A DNA stretch of 64,000 nucleotides from positions 32,001 through 96,000 of the forward strand of contig JBDRRF010000076.1 of NCBI GenBank assembly GCA_043825875.1, given 5' to 3'. The translations under genes and the position numbers were made by a program. The notes beneath the pieces are model-generated. The model made no database searches. It was not told the origin of the DNA and worked only from the letters and a program-made list of their open reading frames with translations. Below, piece after piece: positions 49,796-59,541 of the stretch. The stretch's first letter is position 1. Each line of letters opens with the position of its first letter. The stretch is from Pseudomonadota bacterium (lineage in GTDB: Bacteria > Desulfobacterota > Desulfobacteria > Desulfobacterales > RPRI01).

Positions 49796-50476
49796 TTATT
49801 TATCATTTACACTATTATTTAAGGCAATTTTCTCAGCTCTGGCTTTAGTCTGCAAAAATGTTTCCGGCACGCTCTTTTCACTTAAGATATCAACTATCCA
49901 TTCCAAACCGAATGGTATAGGACCAGGATCAGTATATACATGGTAGAACACAAGTGAAGTTTTTTCCGTTCCTTCTTCTATACGCCAATATCCGGTTGTA
50001 TCCTTGATGGTCTCTGCTGGATTTAAGCCGGACCATTTTTGCATTTTCCATTTTAATATTAAGGTTTGATTATCAGGCTCTGTCATTGACATTTTGAGCC
50101 GATACTTTTTTATTTTTCCAAGAGGCAGAGACAATGTATAGTTAATCACTACATCAGGCTCTCTCTTTTCCATAATATCAACCCGGCTGACATTGGGCAT
50201 AAATTCCGGGTATTTTTCATACGCAGTCAAAACCTTCAAAATAGTCTCTCGTGAAGTATTAATAAAACCAATTGCCTCAAATGTTTTACCCGGCTGTCCA
50301 TCGATACTGACATCACGCACAATTACTTCACCCTGATCAACAAGTTTTTTCTCTTCTTCAGTCAAAGAATCAGAAGCATAAGCATTTACAGTGGAAAGAA
50401 TAAAAAGCATAGCCGCTATTAAGATAGCCCAAAAAGTTTTATTGCTTGCCGGATTACTTACTAAACCAGGATTCAT
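49796..50476 (-). CDS. SRPBCC/START-domain exported protein
   Basis: YEKYPEFMPNV, GYWRIE, TDPGPIP. Confidence 0.75.
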   Translation of the reverse strand: MNPGLVSNPASNKTFWAILIAAMLFILSTVNAYASDSLTEEEKKLVDQGEVIVRDVSIDGQPGKTFEAIGFINTSRETILKVLTAYEKYPEFMPNVSRVDIMEKREPDVVINYTLSLPLGKIKKYRLKMSMTEPDNQTLILKWKMQKWSGLNPAETIKDTTGYWRIEEGTEKTSLVFYHVYTDPGPIPFGLEWIVDILSEKSVPETFLQTKARAEKIALNNSVNDK

Positions 50477-50791
50477 TTAAGATACATCTCCTTAGCCTGA
50501 ATATCATGGTGAGATAATTATATTTTAACTTCTACTGCTACCTTAAATTTTTTTTAATATAAACAGAAACATGGTATCCACCATTTCCTTCGAAATAAGT
50601 ATCTTGGGGTAAATTGAATTTATTTCCATTGACTATTAATATCATAATTAAACGCATATTGGCAATATACATCTGATATTATGGTTATTATGAAATGCAG
50701 CCATGCCTGATGATATATAAGAAGATTGGACTCTGCGAGAGATTAATAGGCCAAACGATAAGGGTTTATCCGGATAATTATACTAACTGTT

Positions 50792-51538
50792 TTAAACCTT
50801 ACTTTCCCTGTAAAGCTGTGTAACTCTGATTATGTAATTCTTCGTTTCCTGAGGCATTTTGTTGGGATTCCTTCCAATATTTCCAACTCCCCAGTTGTAT
50901 GCAGCAAGCGCAAGAGAAATATTACCACTATATCGGTTTAAAAGCCCCTTCAGGTATTTTGTCCCGCCCATGATATTTTCAACAGGATCATATGCATTTT
51001 TAACTCCAAGCTCTTGCGCTGTCCCAGGCATGAGCTGCATAAGTCCCATGGCACCAGCCGATGAGGTGCTTTCCGGTTTAAAATTGCTTTCAACCTGAAT
51101 CACACTTTTGATGAGATCCGGATCTATATCGTGAATTTCTGCGGCTTTTTCTATAACAGTATCAAAACTGTTTTTTGATGATAAAATGTCATTTTCATTT
51201 ATTGTGTGTTGAGTTTTTGACGCTTCCAAAAGACCAGGATCGTTTATAACGGTTTGAGGTTCCCTAATGGAAATGGAACTGGGTTTATCCTCTATTTCCT
51301 CGTTCATCATATCGAGAAGTTCTAAGTCCATCAAATTCTGAATGAGTTTCACTGCCACTGGAGATATTATATCTTGAATTTGCTCATGATTTGCTGCTGA
51401 AACAATCTGATCGAATAAACGTTGAAAGTTGCTGGTATCCGGTTCACCGCCAGATCCAACTTTGCCGGCAATCTCAGGCAAATCGTTTGTTTTGTGTATC
51501 GGTATAAAAAACTCTTTAGATATTGAAAATATATTCAT
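50792..51538 (-). CDS. Soluble lytic transglycosylase (SLT domain)
   Basis: IQVESNF, GAMGLMQLMP, ALAAYNWG, ETKNY. Confidence 0.92.
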   Translation of the reverse strand: MNIFSISKEFFIPIHKTNDLPEIAGKVGSGGEPDTSNFQRLFDQIVSAANHEQIQDIISPVAVKLIQNLMDLELLDMMNEEIEDKPSSISIREPQTVINDPGLLEASKTQHTINENDILSSKNSFDTVIEKAAEIHDIDPDLIKSVIQVESNFKPESTSSAGAMGLMQLMPGTAQELGVKNAYDPVENIMGGTKYLKGLLNRYSGNISLALAAYNWGVGNIGRNPNKMPQETKNYIIRVTQLYRESKV

Positions 51539-51547
51539 AAATTACCT

Positions 51548-51734
51548 GAGCATGTTTCAAAACACCCCATTTTGGCCGATCTCTGCGTTGGGCTCAAATT
51601 TCGCACTAAGTGACACGTTGTGAAGCATATGCGCTATCCTTTAGCGCTATCCTCGAAATACTCAATGTATTCCTATGTTTGAAATTATCTCCCGCCTTGA
51701 GCTTGACCAAACTAAAACGTTTTTAAATTGGCTC
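51548..51734 (-). mobile_element. MITE copy 3 (187 bp), reverse orientation
   Basis: Diverged TIRs; perfect TSD ACCT; expanded centre. Confidence 0.88.
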
Positions 51735-51779
51735 ACCTTTTTGTATTAAAGGGCCTAACCAGATCCCTATAAACTCATA

Positions 51780-51795
51780 TTCAATTTTTATGCCA
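51780..51795 (-). promoter_or_regulatory. Probable sigma54 promoter of the transglycosylase gene
   Basis: Minus strand TGGCAT-AAAAA-TTGAA. Confidence 0.5.
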
Positions 51796-51895
51796 CCTCT
51801 ATTGATATTGCCCATAGCGTTTGCCAAAACAAGGTTCCGATTTATGTTGCAATTATTTGCTGATGGCAGTGTTTTATAGTCCCGTTCGATGATCT

Positions 51896-52624
51896 TCAAT
51901 CCTTGAGTTCAGCAAAGACACCTATGCCCGCCTTCTTTGACAATTTCTGATTTTGTGCATAAGCGATTCCGGCACTCTCTCTGATTGCACTCCGGTTTTT
52001 CCCGACGAGCCAACTATCTGCAGCGGCGCGAAGAATGAACGCCCCGGGGTACATCAATTGGGTTGTCAGCAATACTGGACGGCCACCTGCCGATACAATC
52101 CGTGACTTAAAGTACTGCTCACTCTTGCAACACAAGACAATACAGTCGGGAGTTTTTACCTGTTTATCCGACTTTATTGATTTGGGCAGGTCAAAATCCA
52201 TCAAACCATTGTGCCCGATGAAAACAACCAAGTCGTAAGATCCAGATTGAATTGCCGCCTCAAAATCCCGAATGCATTCCTTGATAGCTGATCCTCTATA
52301 GGCTTTTGCATGGAGAACAGCATTCTTGTCTTCGTTGTGGTATACCCGAGTTCTCAATATACATGTTGTCATAGGATGTTCGGTCTTCTCAGTTAATTTC
52401 CATTCCTTGCTTCGATCAAAAACCCCTATAATTCCGTCAGCCGTTCCCCAATAAAGGTTCCGTTCGGGATCATCCCCTCTTCCAATGGCCTCTGGTACTG
52501 GCACGATACCTTGGTTCCGGTTATCCGCTAAAGCCACGAACACCCCAATTGTCTTATCAGAGGCTATGGCAAAACCGGTACTCATGAATAGTATTATAAG
52601 AACAACGAGTGTCTGCATTCGCAT
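51896..52624 (-). CDS. Hypothetical exported protein
   Basis: 242 aa with signal peptide; no family named. Confidence 0.7.
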   Translation of the reverse strand: MRMQTLVVLIILFMSTGFAIASDKTIGVFVALADNRNQGIVPVPEAIGRGDDPERNLYWGTADGIIGVFDRSKEWKLTEKTEHPMTTCILRTRVYHNEDKNAVLHAKAYRGSAIKECIRDFEAAIQSGSYDLVVFIGHNGLMDFDLPKSIKSDKQVKTPDCIVLCCKSEQYFKSRIVSAGGRPVLLTTQLMYPGAFILRAAADSWLVGKNRSAIRESAGIAYAQNQKLSKKAGIGVFAELKD

Positions 52625-52689
52625 AAGTTTGGCCTGCCTTTCAACTATCGGACGGGCTTTTTCACATATTCATAGATACCAAGATTGAT

Positions 52690-52795
52690 CATATTATTTT
52701 CCAGAAGCGGCCCTGAAGGCAAACAAGTTTTCGTGAATAGACTGTTTGATATTCGCCACATCACTGCCGGTTCTTATACATGCCGAATTTTCCAT
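52690..52795 (-). pseudogene. Possible 5' remnant of a glycogen phosphorylase gene
   Basis: MENSACIRTGSDVANIKQSIHENLF then, after a frameshift, LQGRF; resembles GlgP N-termini from memory. Confidence 0.3.
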
Positions 52796-52913
52796 GACCG
52801 CCCCTTTTATTTCATAGTACACCTACAAACAAATACTACCGGATTCTTTGAAAAATGTTTATTACGTATTGAAAGAGAGTAATGTCAGAATCTACGGTGA
52901 AATCCGTAGGATT

Positions 52914-53834
52914 CTATTGTTGGGATAATTCTAAAATTGATTTGAGCTTTTCCGTTGCTGTAATTTTCTTTTTGGATTCCATTTTTAATATATTTTCAAC
53001 CTTCCACTTGATCGCTGGTAAATTTTCAAGCCCTGAAATTGAAAGCAAACTGAAATTAGGATTTCCCATTTTAACAGACAATAGGAATTTTCTTTCATTC
53101 TTTGAAAGGTTAGATAATATCAGCGATGGCATTTCTTTTCCTATTTTTTCGAGTTCCTGGTAACTGACCTCAATTGATGGCATCCCTTTGAATTCAGTTT
53201 CATATGCCTGTCTTAAATCTTGAAAATTTGGAGAAAGCAACTCTGACATGGGTCGATTATGGCTGGCAAGATATACGACAAACGCTTGGCTTATTTCTTC
53301 ATTCAGGCCTCCTGCCTCATAAAGGAACTTGATATCAAATAAATCTCGAGGGTGCTGGCGATCCAAAGCTGCACATATCTTACCACCATAAAGATCTGCA
53401 AAGGATAGTACCGGAACCTGCATTTCCATTTTGAATATTTCAACTGCTTTCCTGCATAATGTTTTGTGAACCGTCGGATAACAGCTTCCCCTCAATATCA
53501 AATTCGGCTCGATTTTAACCAGGCTGTCTGTGCTGTTAATAATCAGTTTGTATATATAACCCGTATCTTTTATTTTAACTTTTTGAATCTGACATCCGGG
53601 GAATAATCTTTTAACACTATCTGAAATCCTGCTGAGTGAATTTGTAATATCTTTTAAAGTTTCATCTCTTGATTTAATTGGAAGAAATGTCAAATCAATA
53701 TCAACAGATATCCGAGGCATATCCAAATGAAAAAAATTCAAAGCTGTTCCGCCTTTTAGGGCAAAATCTTTTTCCTGCGCAATTATTGGAAGAATAGACA
53801 GCATAAATTTTGCCTGTTCAAAATATTTTTTCAT
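52914..53834 (-). CDS. abiEii: AbiEii nucleotidyltransferase toxin (type IV TA)
   Basis: FALKGGTALN, RISVDIDL, GKICAALDRQHPRDLFD. Confidence 0.92.
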   Translation of the reverse strand: MKKYFEQAKFMLSILPIIAQEKDFALKGGTALNFFHLDMPRISVDIDLTFLPIKSRDETLKDITNSLSRISDSVKRLFPGCQIQKVKIKDTGYIYKLIINSTDSLVKIEPNLILRGSCYPTVHKTLCRKAVEIFKMEMQVPVLSFADLYGGKICAALDRQHPRDLFDIKFLYEAGGLNEEISQAFVVYLASHNRPMSELLSPNFQDLRQAYETEFKGMPSIEVSYQELEKIGKEMPSLILSNLSKNERKFLLSVKMGNPNFSLLSISGLENLPAIKWKVENILKMESKKKITATEKLKSILELSQQ

Positions 53835-53836
53835 TT

Positions 53837-54631
53837 TTATGGGATATCCGTTAAGCTGATACTCTTAATCTCATCAGGGACTGTAATTTGATATTTTTTG
53901 TTTAGAATCCCATTGGCTACAACTTGCCGTTTCCCTTTTCCCAGGTCAATCTTTTCTATATCCAGTTTCTGAAACCAGGGCATGTTATATGTGTCCGCAA
54001 AATAGAGGAATAATCGTTTCGATTTTATTGAACTGCATGTTTCGAGAAGGGTTTGTATGTATTCGCATCGCAATGATAATAGACTTTCCATAAAATGACC
54101 CGCCTCTTCAAAAGAATGGTATATAGGAACCAGAGAACACAATTCAATCATGGCGCGTTCGGGTGCAGACCCTTTTATTTCATAATTGCCCATATTAAAA
54201 TCCATTAATCCAAAATCCGGCCGGGATTGAAAAATATTTAATCTTTTAAAACACAATTCATCTTCCCATGGATGTTTTATGAACCACCTTGGCAGTTGAA
54301 TTTTGTTCGGTGCAAAAAGATATATTTTTGCTGTTCGTCCCAATTGGATATTATGTCCGAATCCAGATAATTCCAAGGCAGTTTTCCCACCAACATGCAC
54401 ACAAATGCTTAATTGATGCTGAACAGCATATAATCCCCCTTGCCAGTCAACAGAATCTCCATATTGGATATATGCGCCGCTTCCTATTTTAGTTACCCAG
54501 GGTGCTTTCTGATAATAATCTAATAGCTGCTGATATCCGCCATGATCTCGAAACCACGTTAATGTACCCACGGTTCCTTTGGGCCAGTTCCGAAGAATTC
54601 GGTTTAATATATTTCTATTTTCACCAGTCAT
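53837..54631 (-). CDS. abiEi: AbiEi antitoxin (type IV TA)
   Basis: VGGKTALEL, SAPERAMIEL, KSKRLFLYFA, LGKGKR; directly upstream of AbiEii. Confidence 0.9.
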   Translation of the reverse strand: MTGENRNILNRILRNWPKGTVGTLTWFRDHGGYQQLLDYYQKAPWVTKIGSGAYIQYGDSVDWQGGLYAVQHQLSICVHVGGKTALELSGFGHNIQLGRTAKIYLFAPNKIQLPRWFIKHPWEDELCFKRLNIFQSRPDFGLMDFNMGNYEIKGSAPERAMIELCSLVPIYHSFEEAGHFMESLLSLRCEYIQTLLETCSSIKSKRLFLYFADTYNMPWFQKLDIEKIDLGKGKRQVVANGILNKKYQITVPDEIKSISLTDIP

Positions 54632-54741
54632 GTTTGTGATTATAAATCAAAATCAAACAAAGTTCAAGCCTGTAGTTTAATATTATTGATATTTAACAAG
54701 TTATACTTGTGGTTTTATGACATATCTATTAGCAATTTTTG

Positions 54742-54791
54742 CAGTAACATGAACATCTGCGGCTTGCCCGCCAGCATGTTCGTTGTTGGGA
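54742..54791 (-). other. Short attC-like site (50 bp)
   Basis: Minus strand TCCCAAC-aacg-AACATGCTGGCGG-gcaag-CCGCAGATGTT-cat-GTTACTG. Confidence 0.6.
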
Positions 54792-54923
54792 TATATTTGA
54801 TCAAGGGTCAAACGTAGACGCGACCCCTTTTATTCATCCGGTTAATCAAGGTGGTCGAAAGATTCGATTAAAAAAGCATTAATGTCTTCTTTTCTATAAA
54901 TAAGTTTATAAGTTGCATGCGTC

Positions 54924-55163
54924 CCTAACACTACCCCCTTCGACAATCTGGGTGATATTATTCCTCGCTCAGAAACAATAATACCTGAAAGTAACGAGAA
55001 AAATCCTTTCAGTCTTGAACAAACAATGTTGCAAGCAATAGTAAAAGCCCTGAAAATGGCCAATGGCCGTGTAGGAGGTGAAAATGGCGCAGCAAAGATT
55101 CTGGAAATAAATCCTTCAACACTTCGGACCAAAATGCGTAAGCTCGGCATCCATGCCAAGTGA
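54924..55163 (+). pseudogene. C-terminal Fis-HTH remnant of a sigma54 activator
   Basis: ...SLEQTMLQAIVKALKMANGRVGGENGAAKILEINPSTLRTKMRKLGIHAK*; AAA domain absent. Confidence 0.8.
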
Positions 55164-55280
55164 ATAGTCCACTCGGTATTTTATAAAACAGACAGAAACT
55201 ACACATTACCCCTTTATTACTTCCACCTACAAAGAAATGCTATAGGATTCTTTAGGAACTGTTTATTACTAAAGGAAAGA

Positions 55281-55340
55281 AAGTAACGGTTGAACTATGC
55301 GGCGCAGCGTTTTAGCGCCCGCACCAGTGATAGGTTATAG
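55281..55340 (-). other. attC site (60 bp)
   Basis: CTATAAC-ctatc-ACTGGTGCGGGCGC...GCGCCGCATAGT-tcaacc-GTTACTT. Confidence 0.85.
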
Positions 55341-55342
55341 CC

Positions 55343-56500
55343 TTACCAATCCATATTTAATGCATTATTAAATTCTTGTTCCATATATTCAATAAAGTCA
55401 TTGAAATCTTGCTCGGATTTCATTGCATTGGAATAGAGACCTTTTGTCTCATCATTAAAAACAACGGGAAGGCCGCTTTTAATATACATCATTCCGTATT
55501 TTGAAATGCTACTACTATCAAGAAAGTTGTCAAAATCATCAAAGACATTGCATATGGATACGAACTCAAACTCATTATGTGTCGAAAATATAAAGTGAGT
55601 TTTTGTTTTACTTTTGGTCAAAGACATTGGTATCGCTCCAATGTGTGGCATGTGGACCTTAAATGAACCACCACCTTTTTGAAAATTACCATGTGCTGCA
55701 ATATTTCTGTAACGCTCCTTTACTTCGCAAATAGCATCATAATGAATCTTTGGAGAGCCACCTTTAGATATATCAAAGAGCGTTTTATATTTTTCACCCC
55801 AGTTCTGACCGACGAACTTAGATAAATCAGATTCAGTTACAAAGACCATAATAAATGGTTTGATTAAAACCAAGATATGCTCAAGCAAACTAAAGTAAGC
55901 GTCAATCATAGCGACTGCATAGTTATAACCTTTATTTTGTTCCTTTAATAAAGCATTATATGCCACCATATGATCTTCAAAGCTATTAAAATCAAAATCC
56001 TCATTTTTAGTGTTTTTTAAGTGCCTTTCTGCCTTCTCTCTGAAATACTCGTAGCGGGATCGAAGATGATAATAGTCATTTGAAATAGTAATTTTGCCGG
56101 AATCTACCTGGCTTTTTATTATTGGTTCTATCAGCTTTTCTGCTGTTGGGATTGCTTTTTTTATTACTCTTAATGCTTCTATAGCTATTTTGGCAGCCTC
56201 AGGCTTATCCGAATAAGTTTTAATCTGAAATCCAAATTTTTTATGTGCTAACATCATGGGTACATTCTTGTATTTAATCGGTATTTCCCAATTAACTTTT
56301 TCCCATTGTCCCCCGAAAGAGTATTTCTTTAAATACACAAATATTATAAAAATAATGTACGGTGGAGGTTTATCTTCAAACTTGATTTCTACAAGGTGGC
56401 CGGCGTTCGGGTCCATCCAGTGTTTATTAGCTTCATCATCAGGAAAGAAATTTTTCAATTTCAAGTCTAATGAATTCATTAACTTCTGGGTAGCTACCAT
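55343..56500 (-). CDS. Cassette protein with HEPN-like RxxxxH motif
   Basis: RNIAAH in a helical C-terminal half; cassette starts GTTATAGC and ends GCTATAAC. Confidence 0.55.
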   Translation of the reverse strand: MVATQKLMNSLDLKLKNFFPDDEANKHWMDPNAGHLVEIKFEDKPPPYIIFIIFVYLKKYSFGGQWEKVNWEIPIKYKNVPMMLAHKKFGFQIKTYSDKPEAAKIAIEALRVIKKAIPTAEKLIEPIIKSQVDSGKITISNDYYHLRSRYEYFREKAERHLKNTKNEDFDFNSFEDHMVAYNALLKEQNKGYNYAVAMIDAYFSLLEHILVLIKPFIMVFVTESDLSKFVGQNWGEKYKTLFDISKGGSPKIHYDAICEVKERYRNIAAHGNFQKGGGSFKVHMPHIGAIPMSLTKSKTKTHFIFSTHNEFEFVSICNVFDDFDNFLDSSSISKYGMMYIKSGLPVVFNDETKGLYSNAMKSEQDFNDFIEYMEQEFNNALNMDW

Positions 56501-56518
56501 GTTCTTATTCTCAATTTG

Positions 56519-56586
56519 CTATAACGCTGAACCGGATTTTGGAGGCGCTCGCGCCGGAAAATTTCCGGTTAATCAATTCGTTAGCT
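56519..56586 (-). other. attC site (68 bp)
   Basis: R'' AGCTAAC, arms AACCGGA / TCCGGTT, R' GTTATAG. Confidence 0.8.
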
Positions 56587-56587
56587 T

Positions 56588-57637
56588 TTATTGTCTGTTT
56601 AATAAATTGACCATTATTTTGTCGTATTTTATTGTCCAATCCTTAAAAATATTTAAAGAATTATAATAGTCCATATAGTAATTAATTAGATTACTTGATG
56701 TCCTTTTCTGTGGGGGTAAAGGTTCCTCTTTTACCATATTGATTAGCATTTCTTTGATATTTTTATCTTTTGGTTGATTATCAACCATTTTAATACTGTT
56801 TATCCATTCATCTACTATAAAAGTTGAGAATAAAAAATTTTCTAAGAGATCTTTTAATTCCGGTGATAGTTTAAGGTTGTTGTAAGAGAAAAGGAATTTA
56901 ATATTTTCACCTAAACTATACACTGTATTATAGAAAACTTGGTAAATCCTTTCTGACCCACTTAAATTTAATAAGGAGATATTATGTAAATTGTATATAT
57001 TGTTAAATGATATCGTTAAAAATGATAAATTATTGTTTTGAAAATCTGTTGTTTGTATTTCATCGTAATCAAAGACTGAAGCACAAATGCTGAATTTAAG
57101 TAAAACTATATTCTTGTACAATAAGTTATAAATAAACGTTGTATCTTTTATTAATATGCTTGATTTAATTCCATGCTCGAATTTGCTTGAGATATCAAAG
57201 AAATCGTCGTCTTGAATATCAGGGGTTGTTATGTTTATTAGTTGAGAAATGCGCTTAAATAGTTTTCCTATATCTTCTTTTTTGTTAAGAGTACCAGCCT
57301 GAAATGAATTTAGAGGAACAGATAAATCACCTGGCTGAAGACCTGAATGACATAAAGGAACTACTGGAATTTTATTTACCCAACCAGCACCTGCTTCAAA
57401 ATTGATCCAAGGTCTACCAACTGATAGCGGGCTACAAATGACGACCAAAAGTATACACTCGCTTAAAGAACTTTTAATTACAGATAACCAATCATCTCCC
57501 AATTTCAAGCTTTCTTCATGAGAGGAAACAAATACATCTACACTTTTTAAAAACTTCCTATCTATGAAATCTTTCAAATGATTTGCAATATTACTTTCTT
57601 CATTGATATGTGAAATAAATATAATTGGTTTTTTCAT
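56588..57637 (-). CDS. TIR-domain protein, gene cassette
   Basis: IFISH, VFVSS, LGDDW, SPLSVGRPWINFEAGAGW (catalytic Glu); unrecognised C-terminal domain. Confidence 0.85.
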   Translation of the reverse strand: MKKPIIFISHINEESNIANHLKDFIDRKFLKSVDVFVSSHEESLKLGDDWLSVIKSSLSECILLVVICSPLSVGRPWINFEAGAGWVNKIPVVPLCHSGLQPGDLSVPLNSFQAGTLNKKEDIGKLFKRISQLINITTPDIQDDDFFDISSKFEHGIKSSILIKDTTFIYNLLYKNIVLLKFSICASVFDYDEIQTTDFQNNNLSFLTISFNNIYNLHNISLLNLSGSERIYQVFYNTVYSLGENIKFLFSYNNLKLSPELKDLLENFLFSTFIVDEWINSIKMVDNQPKDKNIKEMLINMVKEEPLPPQKRTSSNLINYYMDYYNSLNIFKDWTIKYDKIMVNLLNRQ

Positions 57638-57655
57638 TTATTATACCTAGTAGAA

Positions 57656-57713
57656 TGCTAACGTGGCCTTCAGCCGTGAGCGAAGCGAGTCGGACTGCAA
57701 GGCGAGGTTAGAG
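57656..57713 (-). other. attC site (58 bp)
   Basis: CTCTAAC-ctc-GCCTTGCAGTCCGA-ctcgcttcgctca-CGGCTGAAGGC-cac-GTTAGCA. Confidence 0.85.
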
Positions 57714-57753
57714 TGTTTTATAGCACTAAGCGGAAAAAATTTTAGTAAGGACA

Positions 57754-58125
57754 CTATTTGCATGGAAATGCCTCCCTAAGCGCATCCAAGACTAAACCAC
57801 ATTCATGTTCATGTAGTTTGTTTGGATGGTCGCGTAAGTACTTTACTATTACCCTGGCCTTTTGTTCATGGCTGACTCCTTCTGGAATGCAGAAGAATAT
57901 TTCTTTTTTATCCTTCAGAACTACTGAATAGATGATGTTTAGATCGGCCATGCCTTGTAAATAGCCGACGCAAAATCCGCCACTTAGCGCCCCGGCTATG
58001 TCGACATCCTTTCCTTCTGCGGCATCCAGCATATGTTGGCATCCTCGTAATAGCTTATTTCCATCCGCAAACGATGGTGCCGCTGCAAATAATACTATAG
58101 TTAATGCAATTAAGAGTCTGGACAT
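57754..58125 (-). CDS. Rap1a/Tai-like immunity protein, gene cassette
   Basis: Signal peptide; DGNKLLRGC, FCVGYLQG, FCIP, YLRDHP, EAFPC; start reset to MSRLL. Confidence 0.8.
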   Translation of the reverse strand: MSRLLIALTIVLFAAAPSFADGNKLLRGCQHMLDAAEGKDVDIAGALSGGFCVGYLQGMADLNIIYSVVLKDKKEIFFCIPEGVSHEQKARVIVKYLRDHPNKLHEHECGLVLDALREAFPCK

Positions 58126-58133
58126 ATCTTCAC

Positions 58134-58192
58134 CTCTAATGTTTGAACTGTGCGGCACAGTTATTTGCGTCCGCACAAGTGACTCGTTATGT
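58134..58192 (-). other. attC site (59 bp) with R' mutated to ATT
   Basis: ACATAAC-gagtc-ACTTGTGCGGACGC...GTGCCGCACAGT-tcaaac-ATTAGAG. Confidence 0.8.
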
Positions 58193-58984
58193 GCCTTTAT
58201 CGCTAATCTTAAGCCCCCATTCAAAAATCTCGACACCCATAACCTCTTTTAGAAAAGCTATAGTTGCATGATACTTAACTGCCTCATGTCCTGAAAAATC
58301 ACCCCTCTTTGCGAAGGTTGCTGCACTATCGACAAGGAATCTAAATCCCCGGATATCATTCGGAAATTCTGGCATATCCCATTCCATATATGGCCGACTA
58401 ATTTCGCCAATTAAATCATCCTCATACCAACTGCATAATCTACGGAAAGGATTTAAGAGCAAAACTTCGTCTTCTCTAATTTTCCATGTATGTTCGCTTT
58501 CTAATACTTTTATAGTATCATTGTATTTTCTTTCATATATTTTCCATGCTGATGGCTGGATTGTAATTCCGATCCACTGCTCTCGTCTTTCCGCTTCGTA
58601 CGCTTCAATAAGTGCTTTTCCGAAATAAAGCTGATGTTTGTTAGAAGAGTCAGCTTTAACCTCAAATTCGCCAAATGTAATTGATCCTCTGGCGGTAATT
58701 CCTTTTGCGAGCAATGCAGACAAAAGCATTGCCCCGATCGCATAAATATCCAAGAATGCCCAATCTCCATAGCCCTTAGGGTCTTGATAAAATAAAAATG
58801 TATCTGAAAAATATATTGTTTTAAATTGCCTATTTAATTCTTCCCATCGTGAAAATGATCGGAGAGCAGAATCTATGACATCGTAAACCTCCTGCGGACT
58901 TTTATTTTCCACGAGTTTACTGAAGCCAAGAAGATCCAAAAATAAAAGATACCTTCCATTGGTTAGACTTATTTCGCACATCAT
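58187..58984 (-). CDS. Class III nucleotidyl-cyclase-like cassette protein
   Basis: LLFLDLLGFS, YFSDTF, ARGSITFG, FGKALIEAY; stop lies inside R'' ACATAAC. Confidence 0.65.
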   Translation of the reverse strand: MMCEISLTNGRYLLFLDLLGFSKLVENKSPQEVYDVIDSALRSFSRWEELNRQFKTIYFSDTFLFYQDPKGYGDWAFLDIYAIGAMLLSALLAKGITARGSITFGEFEVKADSSNKHQLYFGKALIEAYEAERREQWIGITIQPSAWKIYERKYNDTIKVLESEHTWKIREDEVLLLNPFRRLCSWYEDDLIGEISRPYMEWDMPEFPNDIRGFRFLVDSAATFAKRGDFSGHEAVKYHATIAFLKEVMGVEIFEWGLKISDKGT

Positions 58985-59087
58985 TCTTCCTATTTGCATT
59001 CGTAATTGTATGCATGTCACTCTTGATCACTGCATTAACATTATCGTTGATAATTTCTTTTTTTGTAGTTTTACTGACGGTACCTAC

Positions 59088-59541
59088 TTATTTTGTAAAT
59101 TCATTGTTACGCAACATCGCTTCAACTGCTTCCGATGGTGTCTTCAGGTCAATATTTACCTTATGCTTATTCTCAATTTGATATTTTATAGTTTGCATAT
59201 GAGATTTAGCTCTCCGAAGGGCCAAGAAAGGATTTTTGACGTAGTACCATTTTTCGCCTGGTAGCGCAGGAGGAATGCCCAACTCTGCCATACCTAAAGC
59301 ATAAAAACTATACTTCAACATATCAGCCATAATTTGATAGAGGCATTCCCCCACCAACGCGTCTCCGCAAATCCTCCGTTTGTTCTTGCACCTTTTCTTG
59401 CTGGTCTTTTGTCAGTCTGTCATATGTGTATTTCGCGAAATATGCGTTCAGTACTACGGCATAATTATTTGACTTACGGTATACACGATAAACAATATAA
59501 AGCAGAATAACCAGTGCAATCACTATCCCCAAATAATTCAT
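59088..59541 (-). pseudogene. Frameshifted membrane-anchored hypothetical gene
   Basis: Two overlapping ORFs (59323-59541, 59088-59357) joining near a G-run. Confidence 0.55.

Noticed and set aside
54842..55206. Minus-strand ORFs of 105 and 65 aa as cassette genes
   Set aside because: Antisense to a clear Fis-HTH remnant; no recognisable features.
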